A stretch of 64,000 nucleotides of DNA, taken from the NCBI RefSeq assembly GCF_009834535.1, contig NC_045696.1, forward strand, positions 22,942,001 through 23,006,000, read 5' to 3'. The notes under the pieces are model-generated. The model was not told the DNA's origin. It made no database searches and saw nothing but the letters and a program-made list of their open reading frames with translations. The position numbers and the translations under genes are program-made. Below, piece after piece: positions 14,055 through 27,595 of this stretch; positions within the stretch are counted from its first letter, which is position 1, and each line of letters begins with the position of its first letter. This stretch comes from Camelus ferus (Eukaryota).

Positions 14055-14360
14055 CTTTGCTTCTCACTGACTGACTGGCTTTTACCCTCCACGCACTCAC
14101 ACGCCACCCCCTCCCCTCGGCTAGACACGGATGCCCGAGCGAGCACGCGCGCGCACAGGCATACAGACACCCAGCGAGAGGCGAGGCAGAGCATCTGATG
14201 CTGACTCAGAGCGCTTCTGTGTGCAGGGGGTGGCAGCGGCTGGTATTTTCACTGCGCTCATCATTAACATTAACTCACAGTCTAGCATCCACCCTCTCCC
14301 AGACCTGCGGGACTGCAGTATTTGCATGACGCTGTCACTCTAGCCTTTGCGGGTCAGATG
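14055..14360 (-). promoter_or_regulatory. Candidate internal promoter / first exon upstream of miR-125b-2
   Basis: 18 CpGs counted in 14091-14352 against a CpG-poor background. AP-1 TGACTCA at 14202-14208, octamer ATTTGCAT at 14320-14327, a GCGCGC run, and a strong minus-strand donor AAG|GTACGT at 14055/14054. Confidence 0.6.
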
Positions 14361-14368
14361 ATGGAAGG

Positions 14369-14407
14369 AAAAAAAAAAAAAAAAAAGAAAGAAAGAAAGA
14401 AAGAAAA
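14369..14407. repeat. Poly(A)/(GAAA)n tract bordering the CpG-rich segment
   Basis: Direct reading. Confidence 0.9.
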
Positions 14408-17320
14408 GGAGTGAAAAGAAATAGCCCTCAAAGCCTTCATTCCTTCCCGGGTCTCCTTATTTTTCCACCTTTCTACTTCCTCTGTGGCTGTGTCTCAGCT
14501 GTTTGACATCTTTCCGGAAGAAACTGTCTTGTGCTTCCATGAGCCAGTAGTCAGTTGGTCCTCCCCTCACCTCACACTCGGATCCCCACCCCTTTCCCCC
14601 ACCCTAATCAATAAGACAGATCTCCAAATACAGTTGTGGAAACAGGCTCCGACACAGTCTCATCCTGGATTCATCACCTCAGGACGCAGGCAGCCAGGCT
14701 CACATGTGATAAAGAAGTAATGCCAGCAAATCTTCAGCACTCCTAGACTTTATTCTCTGCCTCCATCCCCCCAACTCCCCCTCCCCGGCTGGCGAAACAG
14801 CAAAAAGAGCATTTCCACTTCTATATAAAGCCCCTAAACAGCCCAGGAGACACAAGAGTGAGGTGGATCTGTATAGATCAATTATTCTATTAAATAATGA
14901 AAAAAACTATGATCTTAATAAAAATAATTGCTTAATATTTTTATTAGCTGTGCTCTCATTTCACAGGAATGATAAGATCTGCCAGGATCTGAATCATCAA
15001 TATGATTTAAACTGTGTTGAAATCCTAACTGGCTGGAACGAAATCAACCAACAGGGTATTAGTATATTTTTTATTTTTTTTGATGTAAGAGCTTTAAAAT
15101 AATAATAAATAGCCATGTCGGTGACTATGTAAAGGTCTTTGAGACTCAGAAATGTTTGCAGGCTTTAAATATTAAAGATTAAATATATGTTTACTTAAAA
15201 ATGGATCTGTGTACATATTTGTAAACAATCTACTATGTGCATTGTTACAAAAGGAAGTAAAATTTTGGCTGAACGCAATCCTGTTTGTGCTACAGTATTT
15301 TACAACATAAAAAGCAGTGTACAGGTATTTATCCAATTCCATTGTTCTTCAGTTGTTCCCTTTAATGATAGAATGTGGTAAACTGCCTACCTTTCCTTTC
15401 TACATGAGCAATATCTGAATCTCTTGCCAGACAGAGCTGGCCATCGGTGACTCTGCAGCATACAAGAAGTACATACAAAGGGAAGAAAAGTACGACAATT
15501 CTCAAGCCAACTCTAATGCTGTCTGGTGCTGGAGAAATTTCAGTTTACTCACACAGACAGATCCCAGCATGCACTGCAGCACTGCAGGACCAACTAAGGT
15601 AGCAGTTTGGCAACAGATCTGTGGCAACAAATGTGAAGGACAAGCATTCACAGAGGTTCCAAAGAAAACATCACAGAACTCATAAAGAGAAAGAAGCATC
15701 TGCAGTAGGATATGTATCTCTACAATCGGCTCCGACAGGCTCCTCCTGATTTGAAAGAAAAAGGAAAAACTCAAGTGCAAAAACAAAAAATCCAAATAAA
15801 TAAAGAAGGGAGCAGCCACCAGGAGGAAGCATGGAATTATGTCCATGCTCTTACTGGAGAGAGAAAGGCAGGAAGGAACAGAACACAAGAGGGAGGAAGA
15901 GAAGGGAATGCAGAAATGGGGAGAGGGAGGGGAATGGTGAAGAAGGGGAAGAAAGGAACAGAGAGGAAAGAGCAAGAATCACTGAGCACCGAAGCAATGA
16001 ACAAAATGGGAAATTAGATTTCAGAAACCACCGATTCTGGAGTGGAGTTTAAGCTGAGAATTTAATGAAACACTACAACAGAAATTAACACATGCACAGG
16101 GTCGCTTAAAATACTTATTGTTGGTAACAGTGAGACGCCTGCTGACTTATTCCTTCCTGTTCTACATGTCTGTTAAACTGGTCATCTTTTAAACTCTCTT
16201 TGCTCAGATCTATCTTTTTTTTCTTTTTTCTCTCCAGCATCATCTTTGTCCTTTATGCTATTTTTTTTTCTAGACACTTGCCCACAATACTCTGGATAAA
16301 TTAATGTCTTGACCTCACTATATCTATCAGACATGAAATGTCGACTATTTTAATAATTGAACATGCGCTTACAGCAAACTGCCTACTGATATCTTAGCTT
16401 TGGACTGTCTGCATAAACACCTCACTTTGAGCTCTGCAAATCAGAAACAACAGATGCAAATACAACTTTTTCCCCCATTCCATGCCATCTCTGTTTATTA
16501 CATACAGAGACAGACACACATGGTACTTAACTTTACAGAAGACTTAATATTTAATAAAGACAGAATATTTAATAAAAATATTAACCATAGGAGTTAGAAA
16601 ATCACGAATAAAGGTTTGAAGGAAAATAATAATTATAAATGAATGGCCATGCATTTAAAGTATTTATATCCAGACAGAGGTTAGCCAGTTTCAAGCACCC
16701 AGGCTTCTGTCAAGACCACTGTTGGGCCAATGGGAGTGCAGACTTGATTAAATCAATATTTATTTGAAAGAAGATGTTGTAATCAGTCAGTTCAACTACA
16801 ACTGTCATAGACTTGGATTTATGGTCTTTTCTTATTCTAAACTTCAATCCATCAACAGTAAAACATCCCTAAATGAGACTTCAACTATGGCTAAACCATG
16901 TACAAAGTAAAAATTTCAGTCTGGTTTATATTTAATTTGAGCAAGCAAGGCAAGTGTGGTTTTCCTAGATCGACTATTTTTGTATGTTATTTGAGTTTTC
17001 TTCTGTTAACAAAGATATAACTAAAATCGATCTGGATGTATATCAAATGATGTATTAAGTGAAAGGAAGCAACAGCTACTCTGAAATACTTCAATATAAC
17101 CTGCCTTAAACCTTACTACAAAGGCAAGGGATCTTTTCTTAGAAAAGCCACTTGAACTCATTGTTATTATGGGAATTATATTTAACAAATATTGGTGAGG
17201 TTTAGGGTAAGGAAGATGGAGGACAAAAGATGACCTACAGTTCAAATTCTGACTCAAAATTCATGGATGTGCAGAATATACTGTTTTTTATTACTTGCAT
17301 ATTTTCTTTGTTTTATTTAA

Positions 17321-17527
17321 CCTGCACTTTCCAATAAGATGTGACCAGCCACATACAGTTATGAAAATTTAAATAAGGTAAAAATTCACTTCCTCTGTTG
17401 CCATATTTCAAATGTATAATATAGCACCTGTGGCTGGTGGATACCATTTTGGACAATGCAGCTATATAAAACATTTATATACATAAAACATTTCCAACAT
17501 TGCAGAAAGTTTTATTGGACAATGCTG
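17321..17527 (-). mobile_element. MER3-like hAT-Charlie element
   Basis: CTGCACTTTCCAATA...TGTGGCTGGTGGATACCATTTTGGACAATGCAG...CATTGCAGAAAGTTTTATTGGACAATGCTG. Confidence 0.7.
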
Positions 17528-19199
17528 ATTTAAACTGTCCTTGTAAAAAGTTTATAGCGTAACTGATCATTGGGTTCCAATACTTTCATTCTGATCCATC
17601 TTAAGAGAATAAATTTATATTTATTTATTTGACGATCTAAAATAGAACAATTTCTTTTGACTAAAGAGCATCTAATGCTTTTATTTACTAATAATTTTGA
17701 AATAGCAAGATTACTTAAGGGGAAAGGTTATACAGCAATGAACTTTAAGGCAGTTGATAACAAAACCATCAGAAGATGCAAAATATACTCAAACTAAAGT
17801 CTCCGAATAAATCTGACAAATGCTTATTTGTCTAACCTTTCCATAAATGAGAGTCATGCTCTTCTTAGTGTCAAACAGCACATATTACATGTTTCTGTTT
17901 TCAATAAAGAAGGCCTGTAATAGTAGTGTGAGTGGGAGAAATAGAGAAAAAGCAATTTTTAAAAATCATATTCATATAAGGAAGGGATTGCAGTTAAAAG
18001 CAGCAACAACTATGGTTGTACTATTTTCTTTACTTTTTAAGAGAAAAAAATAATAAAGGGCGAGGGAGACAAGGATCAGATGCCAATGAAATAGGATGAT
18101 CTGGTTCAGAATTTTCGATTAAATAAAACACTGTGGGGGAGGTGAACAGGTATGTATATGTGTAGACCCTGTTAAGAAAATTTTGAGCTATCAATCAGAT
18201 TCTGAAACTAATTATCTTAAGCAAAATGAAAATAAAGTAAAACGTAAGTGCATATGAGTTATCACTTTACAAATTTCACAGTGAATGATACAGCTGGTTT
18301 TTAACAAGGGAAAAACCTGACATATTTTCTTTTATACTTTTAGCATTTGGAATAGGGAATGATTCAGTGTTTAACTCAGACACTTTTGGACTGGAATGCA
18401 AAGGGTTTATTTGTCAACCTAAAATTTCCTCCTTCTTTCTCATTTGATATGTAAGTGCAGAGCATCACAAGTAACACGGAGAAATAACCACACAGATTTC
18501 TTTCCCTTTCAGGGATGGTGCTTTAGACCTTGACATGTAAAATCTAATGTTCATTCTTCTCTTAGGAAATGCATACGATTGTAACTTTCCATAGCAATCT
18601 CCCTTTCTCCTGCCCTCCCTCCAATTTCCTTTCTGCTTCTCCACCTCCCCCCCTGTTTTCCCCAAGTATGTAACCCACTTGCCAATTCGGTCTGTCGTCA
18701 ATATGCACAGGGGACCACATTCAAAGCCACACCAGAGAGATGAGACTTGAGGAGAGCAAGTCTGAGACAGGGGTAATTAGGGCTAGAACATGAACTTGAG
18801 GGAGGTCTTGAGGGGAAAGTGACAATAATGGCCACTGTGGTACAGCCACACACAGGAACAAATAGGTCTTGAGGATGCTGGTGAACTGTTTCTCTTTTGG
18901 GAAAAAGGTACAGTATGATAATGAGGGGCAATTTGGAAACCACGAAAAAATTATGCTGTATCAAATTATCGTTAAATCTGGAAGAATACTTTTCAATAGC
19001 TGGGAGGATTACACATACTGATAATAAAGGAACATTTCTGCTGTGTTGAGGTGCTTCCTAACAGGTGAGGGGCTGAAAGATTAACCTTGACTTTTTAAGA
19101 TGTAATGTTAGGTGACAATGATACCAAGTGACTACAGAGTGACTGTTGTATTTAGAGCAGTGACAACTTATGTTTTAGCTAACATACTATAGAAAAGCA

Positions 19200-19509
19200 C
19201 AGGCATCCCTCAGTATCTGCAGGGAATTGGTGTCAGGACTCCGGGGGAACCAAAATCCGCAGATGCTCAAGTCTCCTGTGTAAAATGGTGTAGTATTTGC
19301 ATATAACCTACAGGCATCCTCCCATATGCGTTGTCATATCTAGATTCCTTATAATACCTAATTCAAATGCTATGTAAATAGTTGTCAGTACGTAGCAATT
19401 TCAAGTTTTGCTTTTTGGAACTTTCTGGAATTTGGGGGGGGGTTGGGATACTTCTGACCTGTGTTCAATCCGCGGATGCAGAACCCTCACATTTGAAGGG
19501 CTGACAGTA
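19200..19509. mobile_element. MER2/MER2B-like TcMar-Tigger element
   Basis: CAGGCATCCCTCAGTATCTGCAGGG...CCAAAATCCGCAGATGCTCAAGTC...TCAATCCGCGGATGCAGAACCC...GGGCTGACAGTA, with imperfect terminal inverted repeats. Confidence 0.8.
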
Positions 19510-22500
19510 CTATCTTCCTTATATGTTCTATGCACAACACTTTCGAACGGAGTGGGAAGGGAAGTAATCTAGAAGTCAGATAATTGTGCCAATTTGGTAA
19601 ATAATGAAGTTTATGGTCCTGGAAAAGTCATTTAACTCCTGGAAACTTAGTTCTGTTATCTTTAAAATTAGGAGGGGTGATTAGGCTAGTCACCAAGGCC
19701 TAATTCAGCTCTAAAACTTTGTGCAATGAAAGAAAGTAAAATTGGAAACACATGTTGGTAATTACTACCTACTATTTAGATATTTGTATGCATAATTGTG
19801 CCATTTAATCCTCACAATTCTGTCCAGTAGCATTTATCCCCAGAAAGACTAATGATATATACTCTTCATATGCTCCTGTGATATCTCACCTAATAACAGA
19901 ATCTCAAAAATGCATCCTTTCATCTTTGCTCTATAATATGGCAATATTAAAATATTATATTAGCTTTTTTATGTGGATTACCCTATTCACATTTAAATTT
20001 TCATTTATTTGAAATAAAATATTTTCATTTTAGAACTAGGGAGGTAGTAATTTTCTAAGTTAAAAAAATATGTATATGCTGTTTCGGTACATGCACTAAG
20101 GAGAAGTCACAGTTTCCTTGAATAACTTATTTATAAAAATTAGCCTATCTAGATTTAAAAAAATAGGATTAATTGATCAAATAGACATAGTTTAGCTTTA
20201 ATAATGCATTTAAATAAAATATGTCAGTTTATAAAACTTCCTTAAATGGATTTTAGAAATTTTGAATAAAAAAAGATATCAGAAAGCCAGGTGAATCAGG
20301 TTTAAAAATCTCTATTAATTATAAAGCTTTAAAAAATATCTTTTTTGATTTTTTAAAGTACTCATTTTGAATGCTGCTTAACTTATGAAGGAAAGTTATT
20401 AATGGATAGTTATTCTGATTACTGGTAAACATTTTTATTCTAGATTTTGAGTTTTCTTTAATACGAAAAAAATTCTAATTTTATAAATTTTTTATTATAA
20501 AGAAAAGGTAATATTTTATCCATTGATTATGATAAGTAGGAATGGAAGACAAATGATAAAGTAAATTATCTTAAATAAAGTATTCTCTCTTTATAGATAC
20601 TTTTATTTCCTTTCCTGTTTTTTTACCTATTAAAATAATGTACATGTTTGAAATTTAACATCACAAAATCACACGTTTTTTTCCAGATTGAATTTTCACT
20701 TTGCTAAATCCATGCTCAGTGATAGAGATTGCTTCCTAATTAATATACTTTTGGAAGTATAAGTACTATGAGACTAGTTTAACTTTTCAAAACATTCCTT
20801 TCATGAAGAATGCCACTATAGCATACTCCTGAACTTTGTTACATCAGTTTCCAACATAGGTTGAGGAAGCTTCTGTCACATGGGAGTAGAGGAAAATACT
20901 TCTATGCATTATAAACATCATTTAAATACTTCTGAACAGTGAAGGTTCAAGTGTATCCTGCATTCTCATGCTTCGTTCCTATCCTTTCCAGTCAATTGTA
21001 TTGATTTGCTAAGGGTTAGACGGTACACTTCCACTGATCAGAGAAATAGCTTGACACAGCATAACTGTGACAATTCAAGACAGATCAATCCCACCTCAGT
21101 TTCCTTTTGGATACATTATGGCTCTTCATTTTGCATCACCTAAATTCCATAATATATATCTCAGCCTAAGAAAGGAAATGGATAAAGAATCATCTATATT
21201 TTGGGGAAAAAAATGATACTTTCCTGGGTATTCCCCATACTGAATTGCTATTGAACTTGGTGGACATTGTAACCCCTGATCAAGTGCTTGGCCTCAATTT
21301 CAAGTTCACTTGAGCATTCTGTCCCTTTTAAGGATTTTACGAAAACTTAGCAAAAAACCTACCTTGGAAAATACTTTTTTTTTTTTTTTAAATCTTCACA
21401 TAACATTATATTAGTATGTAAATCCTCTCGGGAGGGTAGTACTCTAAACCTCCAAGAGTTATTAGCATTTTGACTTTAACTAACCTAGAAAGTTACAGGA
21501 TGTTTAATACTCTTTCTACTCTTATCTGTAAACTTTACTTAGATAAAAATGAAAATAGTCACAAATTCAAACCCCTCATAGCCTAAGTGGACCACAAGCA
21601 TGTCTTTTTTTTTTTTTTGCAGTAATGCTTGATTATCTTTTTTTAATTTAGCAACTTAATTAATTTATTCTCTATTATGTGTCGTGAGTCATAACTCATT
21701 AAGGAAAAGGGTTAAATCAGAATTTATGTTCGGATACTTTGCTATTATAAAGATTTGAATTTAAGAGAAACATATTTTAATTCGTATACCTGACAAAGAC
21801 ATATTTTAAAATGCATATTAAAAGAAAACGGCTTTTCAATGACTAAATGCAGAGCTCAGTAGGACAGAAAACTTACTGCTTCTCTTAAACGCTAGACCTT
21901 TAAAACATTTGCTGGATGACAGCATTATATATAAAAAAAGTTTCTTTAGCAAAGAATTAAAGCTGAATATGCAACATTTCTTAGGAGCATTGAATAAGTC
22001 TATTTGTCCAGCTTACTTTGCAAAGACTGCGTAGAAAACAGCACCATAAACACTTTCAGTCCCCACACAAGGGCTAAACAAAGAGTCCTCTTTCTAGCCA
22101 TCTAATCGGGTAATTTATTTTTTCAACCATCACATAAATCGAAACACAGCTGTAACCAATGACTTGCAGATCCAGTTCCCAGCCAGCTGGAATCAGTTCT
22201 GCTGAAACAGCCAGATTTTTACATTGTTCACTTCTGTACATCTGGAGAAATCATTGAGGTTCAAAGGTGACCAGAAAAGCTCTTTAAATAAATTCAACCG
22301 ACAGTGAAGATTTGCCTAAGGATCTACACACTTCACATTCACTTTTACAAAATGTTCATTTCATGAAATTAATGCTTACAAAGGCTCTTTGCATCCTCAT
22401 CAGTATATACTTTATGAGTTACTAATTGAATTAAGAACTTAAATGCCTATTTCTTTCCAACAACTTGCTTAGGATGCTTCCAAACTTTTTCCTAGGAGTT

Positions 22501-25500
22501 GTAGCTATTAAAAGATCGTTACATTAAAACACTATGTTACGAGCAGAAACATCAACCGTAAGAAACTGTCACAAAACCAGATACCAGAAATGGACCTACT
22601 TATATCTCAAATTTAATCATGTTTAGCTAATATAATCCTCTATTTAGATAAAATGAAGGAAAAATACTATCCGAAAGAAAGCAGAGCTGGAATACTTCCA
22701 TCAAGCTAGGCAGGCAAATCCCCAAGGAGCCAGAGTCCTGGGAGAAACAATTGTGGATTACGAATATTCTACATGCAGTACTTCGGGGAGTATTCTGACA
22801 CTAGAAGAAGAGAATCCAAGGGCACCAGCCACTTCGCTCTATCCTAGAAGCATATAACTTCACATAGGGTGAAAGTTAAGATTCCCCCCAAAACAAAATC
22901 TGATGCAGCCAATCCTGGACATAAAGACCCTTCCATTAAAGTTGGATATATTTAAAACAAATAAAAACCTGGAAGAGTAAATGTATCCTTGGCATTGAAA
23001 TTGCACACAATATATTGATTCAAATGCATCATTTTCTTCACTAAAGCCATTGAAAATATATTCTTGGGAAAATGAATATGTATGTCTGGCAAGCTTCTCA
23101 ATCCAGTTTTTGTTGTGTTAAAAAATACATAAACAAATCACAAATACACTTTATTTTTCTTCCCTAATTAAATCAATATACAGGTAAACAAATCGTTGTC
23201 ATTATTGGAGCCATCTTCTTCAAATGTGTGGCTCTTTCAATTATACTGGGTCAACACTCAGGTAACTCCCTTATGACTTGTACCTCTAACTAAAAGAGTG
23301 GAAAAATACATAGTAATAAAGTCTACTTTCTGAATGACAGATGGTGAGCACATACTAAGTAGCAGTTCTCCATTAGATACTGAATTCACATAAAGGTGTG
23401 TGAATTCATTCACATCGTAAACATGTGACTGATTTTTATGAGTCATTCACTGTGTACACAGGCTATAGAAAAATACTCTGGAATAGTTAGAAATATAATT
23501 TAATAAATAATGATATATTCAGTGTCCTGAGGATTACCTTTAATAATTTCAGGATAGTAGAAAATTACACCCAACCAGAAGGCTTGACATCTGCCCTCTT
23601 GTCTATGATTGGTTATTAACTGGCTGTGGAATCTAAAGGAAGGCACATAATCTCTTTAGATTCCCTGTAAACTAAAGATCTAATGTCCTTTCCAGCTCAA
23701 ATGTTCATATTTTTGTAGATAATTTCAAAAACCCCAATATATTTGTTTATTCCATTGCCCCTGAAATGTAGAGTCCCCAATTTTCCTTTCATCATTTTGG
23801 GGGTGAACACCACTAAAAGAAATCAATCTGTCATTTTTCAGAAGAACCAAACTATCCAGAAACAATTAGAGTATACTAGATAATATTCTTGATGAGCAGA
23901 GGGAAAGTTAACTTGATAGGAATAATTGAAAGGACATAGCTTGATTTTATGAATATGTCATTTAAAATTAAGCAACCAGTTAAAATTCTCATTATTTTAA
24001 AATAGAACTAAAATTAGGCAACTCCCACACTGTTCTCTGCTGCAATATTAAAGTGTGTTTCATAAGGAAATCCACATGACTAAAGTTTTCAGTGCTATTT
24101 ATAAACATTTTTGTTATTTGAATTTACGTGAATTCTAGAATCCTGTGATCCTATGATGTCTATGTATTTACTCACTTGTCTAATATTTCAAGACATCTGT
24201 AACATATGACATTTACATATATACACACATTTTTATATGAATAAACATTTATTATGTTTGTAAAACATAAAAATATCCAGGAATCTTCATCATCTACCAT
24301 AGAAAATTACCTGTACCAATACCATGACAAATTGTTCCACAAGTACGTTTTCATAGCAAACAAACAAAATAGACTTTCCATGACAATTTCAGCTGAGAGA
24401 AAAAAGGAGGGAGTGGGTTCTTATTAAAAATAATTTATATTAAGTGCTCTCCAACTGATAACATTTTGGGATATGCCCAGCTAACAACTAAACTTAATAA
24501 ATAATGAATTATCAGTGATGTGAGGATTACCTTTAAGAATTACAAGGTAACAGAAATCAATTAGTTCTTTACTTAAACTTAGTATTATTGAAGTTTGATT
24601 TATTACTCATTTTCTTTTCTCACAATTTCTTTGGCTTCTTAGTTTTAAAATGAACATTTGATATGTGATCCATGCAACATAGCCTATGACAACTTTATAG
24701 GAAAATGCCTCTATCTGCGTTATCATGAGTTGTTAAACTCCAAAAATGTGTGCCAGTCCTAATTCATCTTCAGGAACTAAAAAAAAAAAAATGGGTTTCT
24801 CATGTAGTTTTGAGCTGACAGACTAGAGGAAAATGGTCTAAAATAGGCAACTATTTCATGTCTGTTTCCTCTTATTATGCTAAAGGATTATTTCATCTAT
24901 TAATGTTAGATGGACTCTTTTAGGTACTAGCAAGACATGGGATTTCATCAATATTCCAAGTCCTTTGGTAAGCATATTACATACAAACATGTGTGATAAT
25001 AGTAATTTTAATTTCTTTTGGTTACATGCTGGGTTACAACATAAATTTTAAAAGGATGTACTTAAATATAATTACCATTATACTAGGTTAAAAATTACCT
25101 TTGTTACTTAATAAACACTTCTAAATCCTAATAAATTGATTTTTTAACCATCAAGGCAGCATTTATTTATACTAGTTGTTGGCTTATATGTATATTTTGT
25201 TTGCAGTGGTACACAACTATTATCCAGTCTCCATGGGGAAACAGTAGAACATGATATATTTAAAAGTGGTCTGGAACTTGGCAAGGTAGAAAGCAATAAA
25301 AAATACACATTCAGGATGGGGTGAGAAGTCCTATTTTGTTGCATAAAAATGAACATGAGGAGAATGCAGGGAGGTGAGACTTGAGAAGCAACACAGCGTG
25401 AAACAGAGAAAGGGCTCAAAAGACAAGACAAGACAAGATTCTTAACACATATTCTAGAGTTTTCCTAAATCAAATAATACTCCCAAGTTAGGATTGCACA

Positions 25501-25579
25501 TGAACTGGTTTGTCTCTTTTCTATTTTAAGAAAAATACGTAATACTTAAACCATTACTTCTCCATTTCTGATATAAGAG

Positions 25580-25690
25580 ACAGAACAGGATCTTGTATTG
25601 ATTTGCAAAATACGAATAGATTTATCTTTAAACACACACAGAACAGGATCTTGTATTGATTTGCAAAATACGAATAGATTTATCTTTAAA
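25580..25690. repeat. Perfect 53-bp direct duplication with 5-nt spacer (CACAC)
   Basis: ACAGAACAGGATCTTGTATTGATTTGCAAAATACGAATAGATTTATCTTTAAA at both 25580-25632 and 25638-25690. Confidence 0.95.
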
Positions 25691-27354
25691 GTTTAAGTTT
25701 ATCACTGCATCTGATCAAGAATAAAGATTTTTGAAAGTCTATTCTGACTGATAGTTTTAAATTTTGGTGGGTTTCTTTGTCAAACTCTGAGGAAAGTCCA
25801 GTCACTTCTTTATCCAGGGTTGGATCATTCAATATGAATGTGTATATGATCAGGCATTTTGATTCTTCGATTACATTATCGGATATACTGACTCCTTGTC
25901 AGAAAGTATATATCATGAACCATTTTAGAATGTTTTATCCCAGGGTTTAGCCAAATTCTCTAGGTCAGGAAGAAACAGGCAATTCATTTGGGTATAAATT
26001 CTTTGGAAAAGAAAAAAAAACTACATGTATATATAATGTAGACACATACTTATACATATTATATATGCATCAAATTTTGTAGGTTAATGGATCTCTTCAG
26101 TCACTCAGAGAGCAATATCCTGTATAAGTGGGTCCCACATTTGTAAAGACACGAAGGAGTCCAATGTCTCCAAGAGCAGCTTTTGTTTTTTGAGGCTTAG
26201 AGGATATCACCTATCAATAGGTGAAGTTACACACCAGGCTGCTAAAAAAATTACTTTAGTTAGACTGAAATTCAGAACTCTTTCAAGACGAGCTGACATT
26301 CATGTCAGGGTCAGGTTTTTGGCTCCCCCCCACCCCCATTTTACCACCCTTGTAGTAAATCAGTTTTATAGACCTCAAATTTCTTTTTTTCCAAAGAAAG
26401 AACTGTACAATATGTTTGAAATTTTGATTCCAATTTCTTTCCAGAGGATCTACACGTCTTCCAAATTTACCATGTTAATTAATGCATTTATCTCTCCATA
26501 TTTTTAAGTAGTAAAAATTTCCCACAATACTATACACACCATTGTAAGCAAGCCAGGGATAGAGCTTGTGAAGTACATAAAGGCTATGGCCATGAATTAG
26601 CCTAGACAGAAATAACATATCAGCCATATAACTCTACCTTAAGTCTTGTATCTGTGCAATTAATTGAAATGAAATTGGAGTGGAAAAAAGTGATTAGGGG
26701 GTCAGGTATTCCAATACTTTTTGCCTTCATGGAATGAACCTCATCTAAAGGAAAATTTGACATGTAAAAGTAAGAAAAATCACTCAAATGGGCATTTCAA
26801 ATGGCACTTAGCTATCAAAAAGAGTTACATAAGGCTATTTCTAGAGCTTTCAGTGGCTATTGAATTTAATTTGACAGTTAGTTTCTGACTGTCCATTGTG
26901 TACAAGTGACTAAGTTGCTAAAAAGAATTAATAAAATGAGGGGAGAAATGGTCTCTTGTCCTCAAAAGGCCTGATATGTATGCCTGGAAAGTAGGAAGCA
27001 TGCTGTTTCACACAAAGTGCTCTGAGGACTCAGGGAGACCGCCCAACCAGCCCGCTTGAGTTGGGCCTTGGAGGATGAGAAAAGCTGTTAGAGGAGGCAA
27101 AGTTAGATAGAAAGACATCAGGTCTGGGGGCAGAGAAAGAGGTAAGGATTACAGGGGGGGTTGGTGCAACATTTGAGAAATGACCAGGTGAGAGTGGCGA
27201 ATGCTGGCTTCCACAAGGAAAAATGGCCAAGCAGTTGGACTGGAGTTATAGAGGGTCTTTAATATTATACTGGAAATCAGTTATTTAGTCAAAAATGAAC
27301 AATTAAAATCTTTTTGAGTGGGACTTTTTTTGATTAGTATAATGATCCACCAAC

Positions 27355-27595
27355 AATAATACCAATAATTACCATATATTCAACATCTAATACCTATCTA
27401 GTCTGGTGCTGATACACATCATGGCATTTTCTCATCCCAAAGACTCCATGAGCTAAGTGTATCCTCATCTGCAATTTAATGCCAGGGAATCTGAGGTTCC
27501 AAGACAGTTAAGTGATGTACCCGATGTCAAACCACTAGTAAGTGGCCAGAATTTGATCCTGGCCTAACTGATTCTGAAGTTTATCTCTTTCTTTA
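27355..27595 (-). mobile_element. MIR SINE
   Basis: Reverse MIR core GAATCTGAGGTTCCAAGACAGTTAAGTGATGTACCC..ACTAGTAAGTGGC. Confidence 0.65.

Noticed and set aside
15502..16052. Longest ORF (157 aa, minus) and overlapping plus-strand ORFs
   Set aside because: They arise from a purine-rich low-complexity tract (F/S/L/P- or K/E/G/R-biased), with no recognisable domain or exon structure.
25580..25690. Repeat-spacer-repeat as a CRISPR-like array
   Set aside because: Only two copies, a 5-nt spacer and a mammalian context; it is a simple duplication.
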